Origin: an uncultured Candidatus Saccharibacteria bacterium
GTDB taxonomy: Bacteria > Patescibacteriota > Minisyncoccia > Phycocordibacterales > SBAW01
Length of the DNA stretch: 35,416 bases
Assembly: GCA_964360085.1 (NCBI GenBank)
Contig: CAYHVJ010000002.1
Span: forward strand, 1 to 35,416
Direction of reading: 5' to 3'
Both the position numbers and the translations under genes were made by a program. Under the pieces are notes generated by a model. It was not told the origin of the DNA. It worked only from the letters and a program-made list of their open reading frames with translations, and did not search any database. Below, piece by piece: positions 21,621 through 30,590 of the stretch (within the stretch, counting starts at the first letter, position 1; every line of letters starts with the position of its first letter).

Positions 21621-23390
21621 TTAATTTTTTACAAACAGCGGCCACACCTCGTCGGTTTCTTTGTGCCAGCTCGGCAATGAGAGGAAGCGGTCGTCGGGCG
21701 TCTCGATGAAGCCAAGATCCACCCCTGCAATATCGTTAGGGACACTATACACGAAATCCGGCGCATAGAGAAATATTGCGGGCACGTCTTTGTTAAACTC
21801 CCCGATGAACGCCGACAGCAGTTGGCTGCGCTTCTTCTGGTCGACGGTGGCGCGCATGGCCTCGAGTGCCTTGTCGGCGGTGCTGTTTGCGTAGCCGGCT
21901 ATGTTGAGCCCGGGGTCATTGCGCTGGCTGGAGTGCCAAAAAGCGAACAGGTCGAGTTCGCGGCCTATCACTTCGCCAAAAAACAGCGCGTCATACTTGC
22001 GCGGCCTGATGATGTTTTGAGAAAGGTCGCCCTGCTCAAATATTTTGACATTGACCGAGGCGCCGACAAGAAGCCATGCCGCCCGCAGATACTCGGCTGC
22101 CGCGCGCAGCTCCGGCACGTTGGCCGTCGCGAGGTCGAACTCAAGCGTTACGGTCACGGCTTTGGCGCCGGTGCCGGTTGTTTTTTGCAATATGCCGTCC
22201 GCGCGCGGCTTCCATCCTTTGGTTATGAGCGATTGCCTTGCGGCCGCCGCAAGCTCCTTGCCGGAAGCCTTGGCAAAAGGAATGCCGTCGCCTAACGTCT
22301 TGGGCACCGGCCCTGTAAGCGGCGTGCCGTATCCGCCCAAGACTTGGGCTACCATTTCCTGACGGTTTATCGAGTCATTGAGAGCGGAACGGACAGCTTT
22401 ATCGCGCAATACTACCGACTGGTTTTGATTTAAAAAGACGCCGAACACGCGGTTAAGAGGCGAGGTGCGGATATTCTCCGGCGGCAGGCTACCCAGATTG
22501 CCCGGTGAGAGTCCGCTTGCGGAGTCTATCTCGCCGTTGCCGAGCGCCACCACCAGCGCACCTTCGCTTTGATAAAAATGGATGGTAAGAGAGCCGAGGT
22601 AGGGTTCTCCGAGCGCGTAGTCATTAAACGACCGCAGCAAGTAAGTCGACGGGATTCCGGAGGAAGTGCGCGATACTGACTCTACCGCATATGGTCCGGA
22701 GCCGACCGGCTCTACGTTGAGCTCTGAGAACGGGAACTCCTCGTCGCTGATAGACGACCAGCGCGCTTTCGGCAAAATACCGAGTGTCAGGTTTTCGATA
22801 AACGGTGCGTAGGCGGCGCGCAAAATAAAGCGGACAGTTTTATTGTCAGGCGTTTCTACCCGTACGCCGTCCCAGTTGGCGCGCAGAGGTGATTTGAGCG
22901 CCGGGTCTTGGGCTTTTTGTACCGTGTAGGCCACATCTGCGGAGGTGACAGGCGTCCCATCGTGGAAAAAGATGCGCTCCCGCAGGGTAAAGGTGTATGT
23001 TTTGCCGTCATCAGAAACGGAGTAGCCCATTGCCAAGTCCGGCTCGTATCCTCCTTTGGGTGTCGCGCGCAGAAGGCCGGAGTACACCAAGGCGGTGAGG
23101 TCGCGGTCGGCGTCTGATATGGCAAGCACCGGGTTTATAAAGCGGGGACTGCCTATGATGCCCTCGCTGAGGTTCCCGCCGTATGCAGGCACCTCGACCG
23201 CCAGCGACTGCTTAAGCGTATATAAAAGAGCGGTACTGCTGATGCACAGAAGAATCGCAAAGAATATAAAGAGCGCGTGGCTCCCGCGGCCGAGCGAGTC
23301 GAAAATGTCCTGTAAGGAATCAAGCAGGGGTATATGAACGGGAGTCTGCGCAGTGCGCCAGAAATTTTTCATAGACAAACAAAAAAACAC
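21621..23390 (-). CDS. membrane-anchored ABC-type substrate-binding protein, family 5 (peptide/nickel type)
   Basis: YTFTLRERIFFHDGTPVTSADVAYT and overall SBP_bac_5 features, plus an N-terminal TM. An alternative start is 23372. Confidence 0.75.
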   Translation of the reverse strand: MFFCLSMKNFWRTAQTPVHIPLLDSLQDIFDSLGRGSHALFIFFAILLCISSTALLYTLKQSLAVEVPAYGGNLSEGIIGSPRFINPVLAISDADRDLTALVYSGLLRATPKGGYEPDLAMGYSVSDDGKTYTFTLRERIFFHDGTPVTSADVAYTVQKAQDPALKSPLRANWDGVRVETPDNKTVRFILRAAYAPFIENLTLGILPKARWSSISDEEFPFSELNVEPVGSGPYAVESVSRTSSGIPSTYLLRSFNDYALGEPYLGSLTIHFYQSEGALVVALGNGEIDSASGLSPGNLGSLPPENIRTSPLNRVFGVFLNQNQSVVLRDKAVRSALNDSINRQEMVAQVLGGYGTPLTGPVPKTLGDGIPFAKASGKELAAAARQSLITKGWKPRADGILQKTTGTGAKAVTVTLEFDLATANVPELRAAAEYLRAAWLLVGASVNVKIFEQGDLSQNIIRPRKYDALFFGEVIGRELDLFAFWHSSQRNDPGLNIAGYANSTADKALEAMRATVDQKKRSQLLSAFIGEFNKDVPAIFLYAPDFVYSVPNDIAGVDLGFIETPDDRFLSLPSWHKETDEVWPLFVKN

Positions 23391-23418
23391 GCAGAAGCTT
23401 CCGGTTTTGTGTTTGGAG

Positions 23419-23649
23419 TTAACGGATAAGGAGTGCTACAAATGCTGTCGCGGCGAACAGTATGCCAAGAACGATGCTCGCCCAGAAGAGATACTTTTCA
23501 GACCCGCGGCGGGTATGGTAGCCGGCGGTAAAGTTATCGCCACCGAATGCGCCGCCCAAAGAAGCTCCAGTCTGCTGGAGCAAGATGCAGCCCGCCAAAA
23601 GGACCGCCAAAACCACTTGTATATAGGGGAGCGCCCCCGCAAACGCCAT
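23419..23649 (-). CDS. secG: preprotein translocase subunit SecG
   Basis: VLLAGCILLQQTGASLGGAFGG is the signature, with two TM helices. The start is the internal ATG, preceded by TGgTAGCCT 7 nt upstream on the minus strand. Confidence 0.75.
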   Translation of the reverse strand: MAFAGALPYIQVVLAVLLAGCILLQQTGASLGGAFGGDNFTAGYHTRRGSEKYLFWASIVLGILFAATAFVALLIR

Positions 23650-23676
23650 TACCAATAGGCTACCATGACCAAAACC

Positions 23677-23705
23677 TTGACGCAACCGGGTATTTTAACT
23701 AGTAT
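23677..23705 (+). promoter_or_regulatory. groES promoter (TTGACG-17 nt-TAGTAT)
   Basis: -35 at 23677-23682 and -10 at 23700-23705. The ATG follows only 9 nt later. No CIRCE element is present. Confidence 0.55.
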
Positions 23706-23714
23706 TTAGGCGCT

Positions 23715-24053
23715 ATGAAGAAGAAAACTAAAAAGAAGATTGTAACCGTTAAAAACAAAGCGGGTGTTACGCCCTTGGGCGACCGGATTTTGATTAAACC
23801 GCTGGGGATAGAAGAGGGTATGGTGACCAGCTTCGGCATTGTCCTCCCCGACAGCGCCAAAGAAAAGCCCGAGCAGGGCAAGGTTATAGCGGTCGGCCCC
23901 GGCCGCCGGAATGATAAAGGCGAGTATGTACCGATGGACATCAAGGTCGGCGACCGCGTGTATTTTAAAAAGCCGTGGGATGAGCCGATAAAGATAGACG
24001 GCATTGAGTACTACGTTGTCTCGGAGTCGGACATTACTCTTGTACGCAACTAA
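23715..24053 (+). CDS. groES: co-chaperonin GroES with Lys-rich 17-aa N-terminal extension
   Basis: VTPLGDRILIKP...GKVIAVGPG...VGDRVYF core. Confidence 0.9.
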   Translation: MKKKTKKKIVTVKNKAGVTPLGDRILIKPLGIEEGMVTSFGIVLPDSAKEKPEQGKVIAVGPGRRNDKGEYVPMDIKVGDRVYFKKPWDEPIKIDGIEYYVVSESDITLVRN

Positions 24054-24068
24054 TAATAATTTGTAATT

Positions 24069-25709
24069 ATGGCAAAGCAAATACTTTTTAACGAGAAGGC
24101 CCGCCGCGCGCTTAAAAGCGGCATCGACAAGGCGAGCAACGCTATCAAAATTACTCTTGGGCCCCGTGGCCGTAATGTGGCTTTGGACAAAAGCTACGGC
24201 GGCCCGACTATCACCAACGACGGCGTGTCTATTGCCAAAGAAATCTCTTTTAAGGACCGGTTCGAGAATATGGGCGCCGAGATAGTAAAGGAGGTCGCCA
24301 CCAAAACCAACGACATTGCCGGCGACGGCACCACCACTACCGTGGTGCTACTCCAGGCGCTCGTAGAGGAGGGGATGAAGCACACCGAGCAGGGCCTCTC
24401 GGCCATGGGTGTGCGCCACGGGATAGAAAAAGCGGCGGCGGAGGCCGTGAGCGCGCTGAAGTCGCTTGCAAAAAAAATCGGCAACGACGAGGAGGTTCGC
24501 CAGGTTGCCACTATTTCTGCGGAGTCTGTTGAGATAGGCCAGATTATCGCCGACACCATTAAAGAGGTGGGCAAAGATGGCGTGGTTACCGTAGAGGAGT
24601 CGCAGTCGCTCGGGATTGAAAAGGAGGTGGTAGAGGGTTTGGAATTTGAACGCGGGTATGTCTCGGCCTACATGGTCACGGACACCTCGCGCATGGAGGC
24701 ATCGTACAAGGACCCGCTGATTCTTATTACCGATAAAAAAGTATCGAGCGTGCAGGAGGTGTTGCCGATACTGCAAAAAATAGCCGAGTCCGGCAAAAAA
24801 GACTTGGTGCTTATCGCCGAGGATGTAGACGGCGAGGCGCTGACCACTTTTGTGCTCAACAAACTGCGCGGCACCTTTAACGTGCTGGCGGTCAAAGCAC
24901 CGGGTTATGGCGACCGCAAGAAGGAAATGCTGCAGGACATCGCCGCCATGACCGGCGCGCAGGTAATTTCCGAAGAGACCGGCATTAAGTTTGAGAATGC
25001 GACGCTCGAGATGCTTGGAAAAGCGGGTAAGGTAATTGCAACCAAGGATAAAACAGTGATTGTCGGCGGCAAGGGAGCCAAGAAGGATATCAGTGCTCGC
25101 ATTGCGCAGATAAAAGCCCAGATTGCCGACACCACGAGTAAGTTTGATAAAGAAAAATTGGAGGAGCGCTTGGCAAAACTGAGCGGCGGCGTGGCGGTTA
25201 TCCGCGTCGGAGCCGCGACCGAGACCGAGATGAAGTACTTGAAGCTCAAGATTGAGGACGCGGTAAACGCGACCAAGGCTGCTATCGAGGAGGGTATAGT
25301 CGCGGGCGGCGGCGTGGCACTGGTAAAGGCGGCGCAGAAGGTTGCGGAAACTTTTGCCAAAAATAAAGACAAAATGGATGACGCAATGCGCGTGGGATAC
25401 GAAGTGGTTTTGAAAGCTTTAGAGATGCCTCTGCGGCAGATTGCGCAGAATGCTGGCGTTGATGCCGGAGTGGTGGTGGAGAAAGTTAAGAACGCCAAAG
25501 GCAACGCCGGCTATGACGCGGTTAAAAATGAGATAGTTCCCGATATGGTTGCCGCGGGCATCGTAGACCCTGTCAAAGTAACCCGCACGGGGCTCGAGCG
25601 CGCCGCATCGGCCGCCGCCATGCTGCTGACAACCGAAGCCGCCGTTGCAGAAGAGCCGAAAGACGAAAAAGAACTAAATAACCAGGACGGTCCTGGTATG
25701 GACTACTAG
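24069..25709 (+). CDS. groEL: chaperonin GroEL
   Basis: AKQILFNEKARRAL..., GPRGRNV, AGDGTTTT and the full 546-aa length. Confidence 0.97.
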   Translation: MAKQILFNEKARRALKSGIDKASNAIKITLGPRGRNVALDKSYGGPTITNDGVSIAKEISFKDRFENMGAEIVKEVATKTNDIAGDGTTTTVVLLQALVEEGMKHTEQGLSAMGVRHGIEKAAAEAVSALKSLAKKIGNDEEVRQVATISAESVEIGQIIADTIKEVGKDGVVTVEESQSLGIEKEVVEGLEFERGYVSAYMVTDTSRMEASYKDPLILITDKKVSSVQEVLPILQKIAESGKKDLVLIAEDVDGEALTTFVLNKLRGTFNVLAVKAPGYGDRKKEMLQDIAAMTGAQVISEETGIKFENATLEMLGKAGKVIATKDKTVIVGGKGAKKDISARIAQIKAQIADTTSKFDKEKLEERLAKLSGGVAVIRVGAATETEMKYLKLKIEDAVNATKAAIEEGIVAGGGVALVKAAQKVAETFAKNKDKMDDAMRVGYEVVLKALEMPLRQIAQNAGVDAGVVVEKVKNAKGNAGYDAVKNEIVPDMVAAGIVDPVKVTRTGLERAASAAAMLLTTEAAVAEEPKDEKELNNQDGPGMDY

Positions 25710-25751
25710 CACCGATACTTGCAATCTGCACAGAATTGCTATACTTACGGC

Positions 25752-26315
25752 ATGACCTATCTAAGTTGGATTATTCCGCTGGCGGCTGTAATCGTGTTGG
25801 CTTGGATTATTGCGGTCTACAACCGCTTTGTCCGCCTGGTGCAGCGCTCTAAGGAAGCATGGGCGGACATCGATGTCCAGCTCAAGCGCCGCTACGACCT
25901 GATACCCAACCTGGTGGAGGCGGTTAAGGGCTATGTAAAGCACGAGGCCGAGACGCTCCAAAAGGTGACCGCCGCGCGCGCGGCAGCGATGGATGCCGGC
26001 GGGGTAGAGGCAAAAGGCAAGGCCGAGAACATGCTTACAGGCGCACTCAAATCACTCTTTGCCGTCGCCGAGAGCTATCCAGACCTCAAAGCCAATACCA
26101 ACTTCCTCGAGCTCCAGCGGGAACTCTCCGATACCGAAAACAAAATCCAGGCCTCGCGCCGCTTTTACAACACCAATGTGCGCGACCTCAACACAGCGAT
26201 AGACTCCTTCCCCGGCAATGTTATTGCAAACTTCTTCCGCTTTGAACCGCGTGAGTTCTTTGCCCTCGACGAAGCCGAAGCGGCTGCCCGCAATCCTGTC
26301 GCAGTTAAGTTTTAG
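25752..26315 (+). CDS. LemA family protein
   Basis: N-terminal TM, then YNRFVRLVQRSKEAWADIDVQLKRRYDLIPNLVE. Confidence 0.85.
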   Translation: MTYLSWIIPLAAVIVLAWIIAVYNRFVRLVQRSKEAWADIDVQLKRRYDLIPNLVEAVKGYVKHEAETLQKVTAARAAAMDAGGVEAKGKAENMLTGALKSLFAVAESYPDLKANTNFLELQRELSDTENKIQASRRFYNTNVRDLNTAIDSFPGNVIANFFRFEPREFFALDEAEAAARNPVAVKF

Positions 26316-27211
26316 TGGCTACGCTCTACACCCATCAGGAAGAAAACGTCGCAAAGACCTGGATACTGATGGCCGGGTTCTTCGGCGTAGTGATGGCGCT
26401 CGGCTGGGCTATTTCATACTACTTTAACAATCCGGGCATACTTCTGTTTGCGGTTGTGTTTGCCGTCGGTACGAATGTTTTTGCCTACTGGAACTCCGAC
26501 AAAGTGGTGGTCGTGATGGCGGGCGCCAAGCCTGCGGATGAAAGCCAGTACCGCGACCTGCATAATATTATAGAAAATCTGGCAATTACCGCGGGCCTGC
26601 CAAAACCGAAGGTTTATATAATCGACGACCAAGCACCCAACGCCTTTGCAACCGGCCGCGATAAAAACCATGCGGTCATTGCCGTTACGACCGGACTCCT
26701 GAACATAATGGAGCGTACCGAGCTGGAGGGCGTGCTTGCGCACGAGCTTAGCCACATAGGCAACCGCGATATGCTGGTGTCGACTGTTGCCGTGGTGCTG
26801 GTCGGGTTTGTAACGCTCGCATCAGATTTCTTTCTGCGTTCGGCCGTATTTGGCAGAGGCGGCGGCGACCGCGACGGCAAAAGCAACCCGGTTTTGGCGA
26901 TTATCGCCGTTGTGCTTATTGTGCTCGCGCCTATTGTAGCGACGCTGATGCAGTTGGCGATATCGCGCAAGCGGGAGTTTTTGGCCGACGCCTCCGGCGC
27001 GCTGCTCACACGCTATCCGGAGGGCCTGGCAAACGCTCTGCGTAAAATCGGCGGCTACCAAGCGCCGATGCGGCGCGCCAACAACGCCATCGCGCACCTC
27101 TATATTTCAAATCCGTTCGGCGCTAAGTCGGCAATGAGCGGCATCGCCAAGCTTTTTATGACCCACCCGCCGGTAGAGGAGCGCATCGAGGCTCTGGTCG
27201 GAAGGGAATAA
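26315..27211 (+). CDS. htpX: M48-family zinc metalloprotease HtpX
   Basis: HELSHIGNRD (HExxH), a 4-TM layout and a C-terminal THPPVEERI. The GTG start overlaps the lemA stop. Confidence 0.85.
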   Translation: MATLYTHQEENVAKTWILMAGFFGVVMALGWAISYYFNNPGILLFAVVFAVGTNVFAYWNSDKVVVVMAGAKPADESQYRDLHNIIENLAITAGLPKPKVYIIDDQAPNAFATGRDKNHAVIAVTTGLLNIMERTELEGVLAHELSHIGNRDMLVSTVAVVLVGFVTLASDFFLRSAVFGRGGGDRDGKSNPVLAIIAVVLIVLAPIVATLMQLAISRKREFLADASGALLTRYPEGLANALRKIGGYQAPMRRANNAIAHLYISNPFGAKSAMSGIAKLFMTHPPVEERIEALVGRE

Positions 27212-27234
27212 ATAAGGTATTTTTTATGTGCATT

Positions 27235-27319
27235 GGAGGCGTCGGATAGTGGTTTATTCCACCACCTTGGAAAGGTGGCATACCGCAAGGTATCGTGAGT
27301 TCAAATCTCACCGCCTCCG
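27235..27319 (+). tRNA. tRNA-Ser (anticodon GGA)
   Basis: Acceptor GGAGGCG/CGCCTCC. Anticodon arm CCACC-TTGGAAA-GGTGG. Long variable arm ATACC-GCAA-GGTAT. T arm GTGAG-TTCAAAT-CTCAC. Discriminator G. CCA is not encoded. Confidence 0.9.
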
Positions 27320-27323
27320 CAGA

Positions 27324-27764
27324 TTGAAAAAATATTTATTTACATTATTGATGTTACTTATGGTTGCAGTACTCGCTTATACGGCATGGCCGCAAGGGGT
27401 GGATACTACTGCCGTGCGCACCGTAACGGCCGGCAATATTTCTGTTGCGGTTGATGTCGCTGATACTGAAGTCCTCCGTGAGCAGGGGCTCTCCGGAAGG
27501 TCAGACCTTCCTAGTGGAAGGGGAATGTTGTTTGTTTTTGAAAGCGATGGCTTGTGGGGCATATGGATGAAGGACATGCAATTTCCCATAGATATCGTGT
27601 GGGCAGGCGCAGACGGCAAAGTTATTACGGTTGCCGACAATGTCGCTCCCGAGACATACCCAAAAGTTTTTTCTCCATCTGCGCCCGCACGCTATGTACT
27701 GGAGCTGCCGGCGGGTTTTGCCGCTGCGCACGGTGTTATTGAAGGCTCAAAGTTAGAGATTTAG
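27324..27764 (+). CDS. DUF192 domain protein, membrane-anchored
   Basis: REQGLSGRSDLPSGRGMLFVF...MKDMQFPIDIVW pattern. The start was moved downstream of the tRNA to TTG 27324. ATG 27351 is an alternative. Confidence 0.7.
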   Translation: MKKYLFTLLMLLMVAVLAYTAWPQGVDTTAVRTVTAGNISVAVDVADTEVLREQGLSGRSDLPSGRGMLFVFESDGLWGIWMKDMQFPIDIVWAGADGKVITVADNVAPETYPKVFSPSAPARYVLELPAGFAAAHGVIEGSKLEI

Positions 27765-27803
27765 ACAGGCAAAAGCCCCGCGGTAGCGGGGCTTTCACAT
27801 TTT

Positions 27804-28110
27804 GCGCGCGCGTCTGTAAGCCGAATTCTGTCTTGAACAGTAATTTATCTGGGCCGCCCATCGCTGTGCGGCTCAAGCGGCACTTCGCGGTTGCCCGCGA
27901 CACGGCCTTGCACCCAGGTAAGGATTTTGCCGTTTCACCCGAACAGCTCCCTTTTCAGAAAGCCTTCGGTTCGTCACTGTTCGCACCTCTTACGCCCGCA
28001 AAAAGCGTACGACAGGGGTTACCTGCTACCTTACTACTCTGGTTGCCCAAAGTGAGTGTTCGGACTTTCCTCCCTAACCTTGCGGCGAGGGCTACTGTTC
28101 AACGCGCTAG
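27804..28110 (-). ncRNA. rnpB: RNase P RNA, bacterial type A, compact (about 305 nt)
   Basis: The minus strand reads GGGAGGAAAGTCCGAACAC (CR-I/P4 5' strand) and ACAGAATTCGGCTTACAG (P4 3' strand, giving the bulged U). P2 is TTGAACAGTA/TACTGTTCAA and P1 is GCGCGT/ACGCGC. GCTTGAGCC...AGCGAT...GGCCCAGATAAAT parallels E. coli M1 RNA. Ends are approximate to within 5 nt. Confidence 0.85.
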
Positions 28111-28245
28111 AAGCATTGTACCACCTATCCACACGCTTTGCACTCATTTTTTAAATACAGGCTACAATTACATGTAGAAGTTCCGTTTGGATATTATTAA
28201 ATAGCGCGGAGGTATTGCTCCTCCGTTACTAATTGTTATTGCTAT

Positions 28246-30573
28246 ATGCACTCACGAAACATTTCGTGGTCGCGGTACGCATTATTGGCGGGTATTGTTC
28301 TCGCTTTAGTGCTTGTTATCCCGGCCGCATGGTTCCCGTTCCAACTCGCTAAGGTGGCGGTATTTTCCGTCGCGCTCTTACTGGCCACAGTCCTATTTGT
28401 AGCCGGAGGCGGCGCCCGCTCTCTCATGCGTACTCACGGCTTTTATGCCGCCGCTTCGGTGGCTCTTCTGCCTGTGTTTTACTTCGCCTCATTGCTGTTC
28501 TCGCCAGACCGCGCAACATCAATCAGCGGCTTCAGCATCGAAACAGACACGTTTGTCTTCGTGCTGCTCGCGGCCGTTGCCTACCTGTTGTCCTTTACGC
28601 TATTCCGTACATTACGCACCGCGCGCATGCTTGTAACGGTGGTGTTTTGGTCGCTCATAGCGGCGGTAGTATTCCAACTCGTATCAATCGTCTTCGGCGC
28701 GACCGCCATTCCGCTGCAGACCTTTGCCGACCGCTCCGTCAACTTAATAGGCAAGTGGAACGATCTCGGCATCCTCGCTGCGCTGCTTTCCATCCTTCTT
28801 TTTGCGCGCGTTGAACTCGGCCAGACTTCCAATATATGGCGCATCGGCATCATTATCGGCGGTGTACTGCTGGTAGGGCTCCTCGGGCTTGTTAACTTCC
28901 CCGTAGCGTGGATGCTCCTGCTCTCCGGTTGCATAGTTCTCGGACTCCTGACTGTACTGCGCCAGCGCTCCGAGCAAGGAGCCGTCATTTCGGCGAGGGC
29001 AATGGTGCCGTGGTATCCGGTAGCAGGCGCCGCCGTTGCTGTTATCTTCCTCTTGTACGGCTCTGCTATCAATGCCTCTCTTACAAGCATATTTCCAGTC
29101 TCTTCGCTCGAGGTACGCCCCGGCTTGCAGTCGACGCTCGACGTTATAAGCAAGGCTCGGCTCGACTCGCTCCGCGCGACGATGCTTGGATCCGGCCCAA
29201 ATACATTCAGCACCTCGTGGCTTGCTCATAAGCCCGCAGAAGTCAACAAGACCCCGTTTTGGAATCTCGACTTTAACGTAGGCTATTCGACGCTTACCAC
29301 CGCATTCGGCAGCGTCGGGCTGCTCGGCGCCATTGCTTGGCTCATGCCTCTTCTGTTGCTTATTGCGGCTATCGTGCGCGCGGCGCGGCTTAGAGTGCTT
29401 TCGCGCGAGGAGCAGCTTACGGCATATACATTGGGCATCAGCAGCCTGTTTCTGTTTGCAACTATCGTACTCTATGTTCCAAGTCAAAATATTATCCTTC
29501 TGTCCTTTGTATTGTCCGGAGCGGCGTTCGGGTTCCTTTGGCGGCAGGGCCGCACGGCGGATGACGAGCCCACAGTTCCGTCAATGCTGGAGGGCATCGG
29601 CGTGCTCTCTATCGTCGGCGTTCTGCTCGTTGCGACGGTTTTCTCAAGCTTCACGGCGTCGCGCCGCCTGATTGCCCAAGCGTATACCGGCGCCGGGCTC
29701 TATGAGCTTGCAAAAGGCAATATAGATACCGCAATCTCCCGCGCTGAAAAATCTAAAAAAATAGAGCGCACGGCGGATGCCTTGCGCCTAGAGGTCGATG
29801 CCGGCGCGCGAAAGCTCGCGGCGATTGCTCAAAATACCAAGCTCACGCCGGAGGATGCGCGGAAGCAATTTACCGCCGAGGTGCAAAAGATTATCCCCGC
29901 AGGCCAAACCGCTATACTCACCTCGCCATCGGACTACCGCCCCTACTACTCGCTCGGACGCGTATATGACCTACTTTCTTCGCTTAAGGTTCAGGGTGCT
30001 TATCAAAGCGCGCAGACCGCTTACTTAGAGGCGCAGAGGCTCAATCCGACCAGTCCGGTTATTCCTCTTACGATTGCGCGGCTCGAGGCCTCCAACGGCA
30101 ATGCAAAAGGCGCGCAGGACAATGTAACCCGCGCTCTTACTCTCAAGCCCGACTACACGGACGCGATACTTTTTGTCGTGCAGATTAACGTCGCCAACAA
30201 CGACCTGCGCTCGGCGATACAGAACACGCAGATAGCGGTGCAGACCGCGCCTGGAGTCGCGTCTATCTGGTTCCAGCTCGGGCTCTTGTATTACGCCGGC
30301 GGGGATTCGAAAGCCTCCATAGGGCCGCTTGAGCAGGCAATAACGCTGGCGCCGGAGTATGCCAATGCCAAATATTTTCTCGGTCTCGCATACTACGCGC
30401 AGGGCCGGCAAAATGACTCTCTCAGGCTGTTCAAAGAGCTCGCGTCCGGCAATCCTGACAACGCGGAGATAAAAACAATAGTCGCAAATCTGGGCGCAGG
30501 AAAAAAGCCGCTCGACGGGCTTGAACAAAATACGCCTCCGCAAGAACGCCAAACAGCTCCTGTTAAGCAGTAA
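28246..30573 (+). CDS. O-antigen-ligase-like (Wzy_C type) polytopic membrane protein with C-terminal TPR repeats
   Basis: About 12 TM helices. MLGSGPNTFSTSW is a GxGxxxF-type loop. The C-terminal 250 aa carry TPR-like A..Y..AL.L.P repeats. Confidence 0.65.
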   Translation: MHSRNISWSRYALLAGIVLALVLVIPAAWFPFQLAKVAVFSVALLLATVLFVAGGGARSLMRTHGFYAAASVALLPVFYFASLLFSPDRATSISGFSIETDTFVFVLLAAVAYLLSFTLFRTLRTARMLVTVVFWSLIAAVVFQLVSIVFGATAIPLQTFADRSVNLIGKWNDLGILAALLSILLFARVELGQTSNIWRIGIIIGGVLLVGLLGLVNFPVAWMLLLSGCIVLGLLTVLRQRSEQGAVISARAMVPWYPVAGAAVAVIFLLYGSAINASLTSIFPVSSLEVRPGLQSTLDVISKARLDSLRATMLGSGPNTFSTSWLAHKPAEVNKTPFWNLDFNVGYSTLTTAFGSVGLLGAIAWLMPLLLLIAAIVRAARLRVLSREEQLTAYTLGISSLFLFATIVLYVPSQNIILLSFVLSGAAFGFLWRQGRTADDEPTVPSMLEGIGVLSIVGVLLVATVFSSFTASRRLIAQAYTGAGLYELAKGNIDTAISRAEKSKKIERTADALRLEVDAGARKLAAIAQNTKLTPEDARKQFTAEVQKIIPAGQTAILTSPSDYRPYYSLGRVYDLLSSLKVQGAYQSAQTAYLEAQRLNPTSPVIPLTIARLEASNGNAKGAQDNVTRALTLKPDYTDAILFVVQINVANNDLRSAIQNTQIAVQTAPGVASIWFQLGLLYYAGGDSKASIGPLEQAITLAPEYANAKYFLGLAYYAQGRQNDSLRLFKELASGNPDNAEIKTIVANLGAGKKPLDGLEQNTPPQERQTAPVKQ

Positions 30574-30590
30574 TGTGGTAAAAATAGGGT

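Noticed and set aside
23650-23714. CIRCE (HrcA) operator upstream of groES
   Set aside because: No TTAGCACTC-N9-GAGTGCTAA-like inverted repeat is present. Only a sigma70-like promoter is seen.
27228-27323. 5' part of ORF 27228-27764
   Set aside because: It overlaps tRNA-Ser (27235-27319). I moved the DUF192 gene start to TTG 27324 or ATG 27351.
27833-28177. 114-aa + strand ORF
   Set aside because: The region is fully explained by RNase P RNA on the minus strand.
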